Assembly (NCBI GenBank): GCA_951406725.2
Contig: OX597827.1
Location: 68,076,001 to 68,140,000, forward strand
Length of the DNA stretch: 64,000 nt
Reading direction: 5' to 3'
Origin: Octopus vulgaris
Taxonomy: Eukaryota
The position numbers were made by a program, and so were the translations under genes. Positions within the stretch are counted from its first letter, which is position 1; the number at the start of each line of letters is the position of its first letter. Shown here piece by piece: positions 53,117 to 64,000 of the stretch. Under the pieces are notes generated by a model. It was not told where the DNA came from, made no database searches, and saw only the letters and a program-made list of their open reading frames with translations.

Positions 53117-53920
53117 ATCCTTGACGACCTCAGGTCCCATAGTTTGGATTTAGAAGTTGCTACCGAAACCAAACTGAACGGGCTGCAGGCTTTTTCTCTT
53201 CATCTAAACGGTTAGGAGAGATTTATTTCTCCGAGCCAACCTGGAGGTGGAAGAGGAGTTGCAGTCCTACTCAGGAAAAAAAAAATCTGGGTTTAGAGGT
53301 AAGAACTGTCTTTGTAGACCCGGAGGGCATGTTGGTGGTCTTAGATGTGACGCACAACAGTGGTTTTATGTCGAGCAACTGTTGTCGCATCTGAGAAGAG
53401 TACAACTATCAACCGAGACTATAATTAAGATTGTTCCGCCATCTTTCTTCAACAGGGAAGCGCAGGCTTGTTTCTTCTGCGTGGTAGCTACCGCGAAGGA
53501 GGTAGTGTGGAAGACGAGAGTGAAAGGGATTGTGACAGGCACTTTCATCTCCAGTCTTGGGTTGGCGAACTTTATACTCTTCCATATTAAAAGGAGAATA
53601 AGGATGGAGAGGAGATGCTCTGTTGCACGGAAAGAAAGTTCGGAAATGATGGAGCCGCGTGAAACTGTAGCAAGAGTGTTGAGAGTAAATGAACCTGTTT
53701 GAGCGAGAAATTAAAGAGTCTACCAAAGGATTCAGTGTTGGAATGTGGTTTGTGGGGTCGGCCACGTGTCTCGCTTCATAATTATTTGTTTCATTCATTT
53801 TCGTTTCTCATCCGAATTTTATACTCATTTATCATCGATTATATGTTCCATTCGTTCCCCGACCCTTTATTTGTCCATGTATCATCCACTCTATATTTTG
53901 ATCTTTATGGTTAATAAAGA
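53117..53920 (+). pseudogene. Internally deleted Tx1/L1-clade LINE (APE endonuclease N-terminus fused to ORF2 C-terminus and 3' UTR)
   Basis: ILDDLRSHSLDLEVATETKL...GRGVAVLLRK...VDPEGMLVVLDV (APE motifs) switches near 53360 to WFYVEQLL...VATAKEVVWKTRVKG...HIKRRIRMERRC; aataaa at ~53913. Confidence 0.75.
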
Positions 53921-54231
53921 AATCACTGTCATAGACATTTGGGGTGGGGTCCTACAAGTAAAATAGCCTAGGGCCTCCGTTTATATAAATACAGTGCTAG
54001 GTAGAATATTGAGCAAAATATTTTGGTAGTATTTGCGTTTTTTATATTGTGTTCAAATTCTGACGGCGTCTCGTTTACCTTTCATTATTCTTGGGACGAT
54101 AAAATAAAGTACAAGACAAATACTGGAGTTGATTTAATCAACAAACCTAATTCAGATCTTGTGCTTATTACTAGAAAAACTGTTAAGATAGTACTGGACA
54201 AAATTCTTAGCCAGTATTTGACAACGTTTCT

Positions 54232-54522
54232 TCGTTCTTTCTCGAGCCATGCCTGGCTCATAAGGGCCGGTTTCCCGGTTTCCTTGGCGTATAGGTTCTC
54301 CACCTGGACGGGACGCCGGTCCGTCGCAGGTGAGCTGCCAGATGCAAGAGTGAGAGAAAGTTGTGGCGAAAGAGTCAGCAGAAGTTCGCCATTACCTTCT
54401 GCCAGAGCCGCGTGGAGCTTAAGTGTTTTCGCTCATAAAGACATACATCGCCCGATAAGAGATTCGAACCCGCGATCTCTCGACCGCGAGTCCGCTTCTC
54501 TAACCACTAGGCCATGTGCCTC
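54232..54522 (-). mobile_element. SINE family C with tail X
   Basis: Minus head ggcacatggcctagtggttagag...gggttcgaatc; tail cctgcgacggaccggcgtcccgtccagg...gaaaccgggaaaccggccc. Confidence 0.88.
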
Positions 54523-54805
54523 CAAACCGTTTCTTTACCTTCCATATTAACCGAGATTACCTTTGCCTTTCGTTGCACTGAGGTCGATAAAACATGTATC
54601 ATTTAAGTTCTAGCATCATTAAATCGACTCGGGTCCATCTTTTTTGGGGTTTTTTACCATCAATCATTGTTATTGGTTTTAGAAGGAAAGTGAATGGCTC
54701 GATTGAATACAGAAGTCCTTGCTGCGAGTTCAAATTACGGTCCGGCCAGTTTTGCTCCCTTCTCTTCCTTTAATGCGCTCCTTTAATCGGTTCATCTTTC
54801 TTTTT

Positions 54806-55007
54806 ATCTTTTGTTTGTTTCAGTCATTAGACTGCGGCCTTGCTGGGGCACCACCTTCAAGAAATATTTAGTCGAATCGAATGAATCAATCATATTACTT
54901 AACGTTTTTTTTTAATCCTGTTACTTATTCTATCAGTCACATTTGCCGAACTGCTAAGTTACGGGGACGCAAGCACACCAATATCGGCTATCAAGCAGTT
55001 GTGGGAG

Positions 55008-55039
<32 letters not shown>

Positions 55040-55190
55040 ACACACACATCTACCAAATTTTCTCTACCAAATCCGCTCACGAAGGCTTTTTTCGGCCCGA
55101 GTTTTTAATAGTAGCCATTTGCCCAAGGTTCCTTGTAATGGGACTGAACCCGGAACCATGTGGTTGGGAAGCAAACTTCTTACCACACGG
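54806..55190 (-). mobile_element. SINE family B, diverged
   Basis: Matches B consensus at lower identity. Confidence 0.82.
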
Positions 55191-55313
55191 TGACATCACC
55201 AAAACTTTTCCTTTCTTTTTTTTTCTAATTAAACCATTATTACGTTTGAGTCCGAATCCCGACAGAGCCGATTCTTGCCTATAATCTTTCTAGGATCAAA
55301 ACAATAAATCCCA

Positions 55314-56025
<712 letters not shown>

Positions 56026-56148
56026 TACTACTACTATTATTATTATTATTATTATTATTATTTCGTCCTCTCTTTGCCCTTACATGTTTTTTGATTTATG
56101 TTAGCCCTTGTGGCCAATAAACCAGAATTAATTATCATCATCATCATC

Positions 56149-56180
<32 letters not shown>

Positions 56181-56747
56181 TCCGAAAACAAAGTGACAGA
56201 AAAAGTATAACACATTAGCTAAAACACTTTATGGCACTTAGTTATGATGCATGGCATTCCGAGTTCAAATTTCACCCGGGGTCAATTTTACGTAACATTC
56301 CTCCTAGATAAGTGAAGTACTTACTGCAAAAATCGTGTACTAAAGCTCTAATGTTAAACCACCATTCTCCTTCTTCTTTACAAACGTTGTGGCCTTATGC
56401 CAATATGATAGAAGTCGTTATTACTGCGGTTTCCTTGCACCTCCCTGTCTCCTTCTCGCTCCCCCCCTCTGTCTCTTCTCTCCGTCTCTCTCTCCACACA
56501 CACTTCACTCACTCACTCATGCCTTCACTCATACTTTCACTCACTCACTTTGATTCTGTCGTCTGCTCCACAATATTTCTGTCTTTCGGCTGCATTCCTT
56601 TCTTTCTCTCTCTAGATGGATGGAGAGAAAAAGCTCTTTCAACTTATTTTTTTCCCCTCATTCAGAGAATAATCCATCTTTACTATCCCGCACTCGTATT
56701 CTTTATAATTATTATTATAAATTTTATTATTATTATTATTATTATTA

Positions 56748-56778
<31 letters not shown>

Positions 56779-56923
56779 AAATTTTATTGTTATTATTATT
56801 ATTATTATCATTATTATTATTATTATTATTATTATTGCTATTCTCATATTAAAAACTTTCATGATTGTTATTATAGCACTTGAAACTTTTCTCATTTCTC
56901 TCTCTTTCTCTCTCTCTCTGGCC

Positions 56924-56959
<36 letters not shown>

Positions 56960-56978
56960 ATCATGATTTAGTACTATA

Positions 56979-57031
<53 letters not shown>

Positions 57032-57032
57032 A

Positions 57033-57104
<72 letters not shown>

Positions 57105-57176
57105 CCTATCTATCACTCACATTCACATATATTCTCTCTGAACGCACACACGCACATACACACTTGAGCGCGCAAG

Positions 57177-57207
<31 letters not shown>

Positions 57208-57887
57208 TTCCGTCTGCTAATTTTGTTTTTCTGACTTCCTGTATTTCAATGTCTCTTTCCTCCTCCTGCTCTCCTGCTCTTCCTTCTTCTTTCTTCTTCT
57301 TCTTCTTCTTCTTCTTCTTCTTCTTCTTCTTCTTCTTCTTCTTCTTCTTCTTCTTCTTCTTCTTCCACTTGTTGTTGTTGTTCTTCTTCTTCTCGTCTTT
57401 TACTTTATTTGTCTTTCTTTCTCTCTACGTCCTTTACAAATCTCTTCCTTTCTCTCTTTCCTTATTGTCTCTTACTCTTTCCTCTTTCACCACCTTCTCT
57501 CCTCTGTAACTTACTCCCACACTCTCTCTTTCTCTTTCTCATACTCTCTCTCTCATTCTATCTCCTCTTTCTCTCTCTCTTTTTAATGCCTTTTATCTTT
57601 CTCTCTCACTCTAGTTCTCGCTCTATCTTTGTTTCGTGTCGTCTGCCAATTTCTGGCTATCCAATTTCTTTTTCTCTTTCTTTTTCACTTACACACTTCT
57701 ACTACTCCCCCTCATCCTCGAAGTCATCCCCCACCTGTCTTTCGCCTCCTCTCTTCACCCTTTCTCTCTCCCTTTTCTCTTCGTCTGTCTCTCTCCCCCT
57801 CTCTCTGTCTCTGTCTATCTGTCTCTCTCTCATGTCGTTTGCTGATTGTGTTGTCGTCTGCCGACTCTGCTTCTTTCATATTTCTAA

Positions 57888-57920
<33 letters not shown>

Positions 57921-58718
57921 TTCATTCTCTTTTTGTCTTTCTTCATTTTCTCTATTTTCTCATCCTTCTCGTCCCCCCTCTCTCTCTCCTTCCCTCTCTC
58001 TCTCTCTCCTTCCCTCTCTCTCTCTCTCTCTCAACATCTGTCGATTTCACCTGCAAACTCTCTCCTCTCTCCTCTCACTTCTCTTTCTTCATTGATACTC
58101 TTTATCTTTGTTTATTCTTCTTTTCCTTTCTATCATCCTTTCCCTCCCTCCTTCTACTCCTTTCCCTTTCTCTTCCTCCCTCCTACCCCACTCGCTCGCT
58201 CTTCCTTCCTCCTTCACCCACCGCCTCTCTTTTCTCCCCACTTCCCTCTCTCTTTCCCATTACCCTTTCCCCTCCCTCCCTCTCTCACTCTTCTGCACTC
58301 CCTCACTCACTCACTCACACACAATCACTCGACAACCTGTCATGGCAACACCTCTCGTCTGCCGGTTTTCATTCATGGTAGTGTACAACAATTATTCTCT
58401 TTAATTCTTTTTGCTTATATATTTCAAGTGTCTTCCTCTACATTTTATCTCCATCTGTTATATGAACTATGTGCACATGATATTTCTTTTTCAATCAAAA
58501 ATTTTTTAAAAAACTTTTAAAGAAACACAGAAAACTTTTGCATGTCTCCGGAACTTTCTGATATGTAGCGCTCTCTGTCTCCTCCTCCTACTCTCTCACT
58601 ATTTCTCTTTCTCTCTGCACCCTCGTCACATCTTCTAGTTTTACGGTTTACCTTTAACTGTTAATATAGCTGCATAAACATGCATATGTACCCCTCTCAC
58701 TTTCTCTCTGTATACACA

Positions 58719-58770
<52 letters not shown>

Positions 58771-59203
58771 CACACACACACCTTTCTGTCTATATGTAAA
58801 GTTTTATGTACGCTTATAATGTATGTTGTTTGTGTAAATAGATACCCCGAAAGAGAGAGGTGGAGGAAAGGAAGATTGGGGTAACTAGATACATAGACGG
58901 GTATGTGTGTGTGTGGAAATATATATGCATGTAAGTGTGTGTGTGTGTGTGTGTATAAATATATGTGCATATATATATATGTATGTGTGTGTGTGTGTGT
59001 AGATAGGGGGAGTGGGATGAGATAAAGGGCCAGTATAAATAATAACCTATCGGTGAGTTGTGAAGTCGAACTGTCACTGCAGGTGAAAACGTTGTTCTCG
59101 ATAAAAACCCTCAACCCAATTCACTGCTTTCTACAAGCTAACCTGTTATCATCACCATTTTTTTTTTTTTATCATCATCGTCATCATTTATCTTTATTAT
59201 ATA

Positions 59204-59400
59204 AGGCGGCGGGCTGACAGAATCGTTAGCACCACTGGACGAAATGATTAGCGGCATTTCGACCGTCTTTACGTTCTGAATTAAATTTCTACCGAATTTT
59301 ACATGTCAATGAAATTAGTATTGGGTAAATGTTATCGATTCAGCCCCTTCCGCCAAAATTTCAGACCTTGTGCCTATTGTAGAAAGGATTATTATAATTA

Positions 59401-59441
<41 letters not shown>

Positions 59442-59900
59442 GGCGGAATTGTTAGCACGCTGGACGAAATGCTTAGCGGTATTTCGCCCGTCGCTACGTT
59501 CTGAGTTCAAATTTCGCCGAGGTCGAGTTTGCCTTTCATCCTTTCGGGGTTGATAGATTAAGTACCAGTGAAACGCGGGTGTCGATGTAATCGACTGGTC
59601 CCCTCAACGCCAAATTTGAGGCCTTGTGCTTCCAGTAGAGAGGATTATTATTATTATTATAATTTACAAGCCGGACAAAAAAATACTTATCGGTATTTCT
59701 TCCGGTTTTACGTTCTGAATTCAAATTCTGCCGAGTTCGGGCTTGTCTTTGGTCCTTTTTGGGGGTCGATGAACAAAGCACCAGTTTGAGAATCAGGGGT
59801 CGATATAATCGACAAGCTCCGCCTCCCCACCACCCCCACCCACCTACCACCAAAAAAATTCAGGCCTTGGGATTAAATCGAAATGATTATTATTATTATA
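59204..59900 (+). mobile_element. Three tandem diverged SINE A copies with (ATT)n tails
   Basis: Units near 59204, 59442 and 59670. Confidence 0.82.
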
Positions 59901-61329
59901 AATTCGCATGAAACTAGACGGTTCCATGCGAATTTCTGTGGCATTACCTGGTTGCATGCACCTTAGTAATTCTGAGTTGTGTGTGTGTATGTGTGTGTGA
60001 GTGCGGTTGTGTTTTAGAGTTATAAACTCGTGTTTATATATATATAAAAGACCTGTGTGTGTCTATCATTATTATTCGTGTGAGTTTATGTAGATAACAA
60101 TTATTATTATTATCATTATTATATCATCATCATTATTAGAATATTTATCTCTAAATCACATGATTCTGGCGAAAGTGAGATTTTGGTACTAGGACACACC
60201 CAACATCGCCATAAAAAGACAGACATCAAACATTCGCACACACATACAAGCACACGCATGCATACACGCACACTCACACACACACACACGTGTGTGTGTG
60301 TGTGTCTGCTATATTCTAAAATGTTTTTCATAGCAGCCATAGAAGAAAAAAATGGAAACCTGTAAATCGTGTATGGCCTTGCTGAAGTGATTTTAACTTT
60401 ACTAAGATTCGAAACAGCAGCCTTAATCTTCAAAATTTTTTCTAGAAACAAAATGCAGTAATTACATTATTAATAATAATGGTAATAATAATAATAATGA
60501 TGATAATGATAATTGCTTAGTTAGACAAACATGAAGTCTCGGAATTTTGTAGCGTAGAAATGGGATATTGTGTAATTCTTCACTTTCCAAGGAGAAAGAC
60601 GTTTGTTCCAAGTGAAAATCAAGTTCGAAGACTCCATTCACCAGAAACCTACTGGCCGCAACACCGCATCCGCTGCATGGGATATTATAAATATAGTCAT
60701 ACAAGCATTAGCAAAGCGTTCGTCACGAATCTGAAGTATGTGAGTTCGATTTCCATTTGGTTCACTCGTTTAGATTTTATCACCCTTCCATTTTTTGTTT
60801 TTTGTTATTTGTTTGTTTGTTTGTTTTTATTGAACTTTGATGTATAAGAAGAAACGAAATAAGGTGGAATTGGATTAAGATTCTGGGGCACCCTTTTCGG
60901 GTATTGTGATATTTCGACCTGTTAGAAGAAATTGCATCCAAATCTCCTTATGACATCTAACCATTTTCAAGGATATATATATATATTAAAAAAAAAAATG
61001 AAATTTTGTAAAGAAAAAAAATGGAATTGATTGATTACCATGGCTGAGACTGAGTTTGATGAAAGATCTATTTGTTTGACTTGGATTGTACTAAGGCTTA
61101 AACAACAGTGTGACATAACGAAAAACCTGCAAAAGATTTGAACAAACGATCCAGTTAGTGGAGAGATCAATCTCAAATATATATGGAATATTTTACCGTT
61201 GTAAAATCTGCATCGTAGCCAGATGCTCGGCATATTTATATATATATATATATATTTAGAAAAAAGGATTAATCTTGCCACATTTAGAGACACACGAAAT
61301 ACATACATGCATACGTATATTTATATATA

Positions 61330-61375
<46 letters not shown>

Positions 61376-61376
<1 letters not shown>

Positions 61377-61541
61377 CCGGAGTAAACACATAAATGTGAA
61401 ACAAGGTGGAAAAAAGAGCACTCAAATACCAGTGGTAGAGTAATATGCTTTATTCAAAGCAGCAGAAAATTCAACAAAACCTGTTACTCGGAGTTTCCCG
61501 TTGCCGTTCGTCGGACAGTTTTTTCTGCTGCTTTGAATAAA

Positions 61542-61543
<2 letters not shown>
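61376..61543 (-). mobile_element. Second copy of the CCGACGA hammerhead-like element, closed by a perfect 22-bp inverted repeat
   Basis: Minus strand aaaactgt-CCGACGA-acg gcaa cgg-GAAA-ctccga-GTA-acaggtttt; arms 61448-61469 / 61521-61542; (TA)n on both flanks. Confidence 0.72.
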
Positions 61544-61594
<51 letters not shown>

Positions 61595-61832
61595 CGTATG
61601 CATGTATGTATATATAGCAATGGTTGCCCTCGGTGCGCGGCAATTTTTCCGTTCAGGTTTCGACTCTCATTTTTAATCACGCTAAACTCCTACCGCTCCG
61701 TGATCACATGGGGTCCTTATGTTGTCTGAGGAGGGCTGTGTATATAACATAATATAAAATGCATATCTATAATGGGAGAACGGAACATAGGCTTGATAAA
61801 GGAATACCAAGTTCATGCCATGTTCTTTTTTC

Positions 61833-61863
<31 letters not shown>

Positions 61864-62219
61864 CGTGTGTGTATACGTGTGTGCATTTCAGCAACGAAGA
61901 GTTTTCAGTCCCACTTTTTAAGTGTTTGTTAGCTAATTTATTTTTTGAACTCGGCGCAAACCTCATCATGTTTTCCCTAGTTCTTGAGTAACAAAATAAC
62001 ACACTTCTTGTATCTTGTATCCCCTTTAACATACTCGCCTTTGATCGTTTCATTTTATTTTATTTTATTTTGTTTTATTGAACATACGAATACATGCCGA
62101 GGTTCTCTTGGCTTGTAAACAAAAGAAAGAAAATATCAAGCTAGCGAATGCTGAAGGTTTTTACGCTGCTAAAATATATCTATTACACAAACGAGATTGG
62201 TCTACCAGTTCAATGTGGA

Positions 62220-62604
62220 GGCGCGATGACCTAGTGGTCAGGGCAGTGGACTCGCGGTCGTAGGATCGCGGTTTCGATTCCCAGACCGGTCGTTCTGAAT
62301 ATTTATTGAGCGAAAACAAAACACCTAAAGCTCCACGAGGCTCCGGCAAAGGGTGGTGGCGAACCCTGCTGTAGTCTTTCACCACAACTTTCTCTCACTC
62401 TTTCTTCCTGTTTCTAGTATACCTGTATTTCAAAGGGGCCAGACTTGTCACACTCTGTGTCACCCTGAATTTCCCCGTGAACTACGTTAGGGGGTACACG
62501 TGTCTGTGGAGTGCTCAGCCACTTGCACGTTAATTTCACGAGGAGGCTGTTCCGTTGATCGAATCAACTGGAACCCTCGTCGTCGTAACCGACGGAGTAC
62601 CACG
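62220..62604 (+). mobile_element. SINE family C head/body with tail Y
   Basis: Collinear with 45201-45551. Confidence 0.88.
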
Positions 62605-62674
62605 ACCAGCTCAGTAAATTGTATGTTGAAAACTTTTACAGGATTTTTGCAGCAAAGCCGTCTTGGTCAAGTAG

Positions 62675-63065
62675 ATTTTTTTTACTTGTTTGACATTGGA
62701 CTGCGGCCATACTGGGGCACCGCGTTGAAAGCTTTAACCGAGCAAATCGCCCCCAGCACTTATTTCTTTTTCGAGTGTGATACGTAATCTATCGGTTCTG
62801 TTTTGACGAACCACTAAATTTCGAGGACGTAGACAAGCCAACACCGGTTGTCCAACCAGAGCGAGAGAACAAGCGCTAAGACAGACGGACAGACACGCAC
62901 GCACAACGAGCTTTCCTCAGTTTCCGTCTACCAAATTCATTCACAAAGCATTGGTTGACTCGATTCTATATTAGAAGACACTTGCCCCAAAATGCTGCGC
63001 TCTGGGACAGAACCTGAAACTACGCGGTAGCAGAGCTAGCTTCCTAACCATACAGCCATGCTTGC
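62675..63065 (-). mobile_element. Old SINE family B copy
   Basis: cattggactgcggccatactggggcaccg...cagtttccgtctaccaaattcattcacaa...agaagacacttgccc. Confidence 0.8.
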
Positions 63066-64000
63066 TCCTGTGTATAATCATACCCCTTTACAGCCGTGAC
63101 AGTCCATCTTAATTATCCTATTTACTATGAGGTCGCAAGCACACATAGACACTCTCTCAGCACCCCACATCGTTAAAAGCGGGACATCGACGATATGCCA
63201 GCTACATGGAACTGTAAAATCCTCAAGCCATCATCACACCCTCATTTTCTGCTAAGCAAACTGGTGCAGCGAGAAATTATGTGATTTACTCAAGGACAGA
63301 ACGCGCCGCCTGATCAAGGAGTCGAACCCTCGATCTTATGAACGCACGTCCAACATTCCATAGCACTTTTTGGCGGTGGGACGGTAGGGTGCAGTAAAAG
63401 GGAGATTTGACTGTTATGTCTAGCAATTTGAGGGACTACTTAGAAGCACTCTCGCTGGTTCAAGTTTCGTTGTTTTAGGACATGTTTCTTTCGAGGAACC
63501 AACAGGTGGCAGATGTTGTGTGGGGAAAGATGTTACTGAGGCCCATCACCCATTGATGGATACTTTATATTTTTCCGAAATGGTGCAGCCGACGCTACAT
63601 TATCTCACTGTTGGATAAAGACAAAGGAATACAATGCGTTTTTGCTTTTTTTTTTAATGTTTTCATGTAAACTCCTTTTATGCAATGCCAACGTACATAC
63701 ACGCAATCGTTCTGTACTCATCTGATCTGTTAGAAATAGCAGCCAAATCTCCACTCACATAACATCTTACTACCATCTGTTAGAAAAAAAAATGTTGATT
63801 TCGATAATGTAGCCCTTCCTATTAAGAAACGTAGGATAATTAAGGGTGATATGCCTTTGATCACAGGGGTTATTTCACGGGGTTAAATTGGGACAAACAA
63901 CAATATTACACGTACACAATATCCCTCCTGTATCTCCTTTTTCTCTTCCATTTACTCTTAAATGTTTTTGGTTGGTAACTAGGTAGTTCTTCTCTCTCAC

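Noticed and set aside
53247-53702. 151-aa ORF as a host gene
   Set aside because: It is explained by LINE ORF2 C-terminal sequence fused to out-of-frame endonuclease sequence.

Overview
This is AT-rich, microsatellite-saturated eukaryotic non-coding DNA. The SINE families and the (TA)n/(CA)n/(TATG)n/(TCTA)n/(ATT)n load look like an Octopus (coleoid cephalopod) genome; this is recognition from memory, not a search. No intact host protein-coding gene is supportable, and nearly all ORFs in the track are translated simple repeats. The window holds dozens of tRNA-derived SINE copies from about four modular families. It also holds a decayed Tc1/mariner transposase split in frame by a non-autonomous Helitron, mariner and Tigger remnants, pogo-, piggyBac- and foldback-type MITEs, an RTE (Rex3/Expander-like) LINE 3' end, an internally deleted Tx1/L1 LINE, and Penelope-like (GIY-YIG) fragments. 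The most interesting signals are: (i) short elements nested in (TA)n tracts that carry minimal hammerhead-ribozyme-like cores, one family with a CCGACGA variant core; (ii) SINE multimers with fixed, recurring junctions; (iii) module swapping between SINE families; (iv) a cryptic ~60-bp degenerate tandem array. Coordinates were read by eye and are approximate to a few bases.
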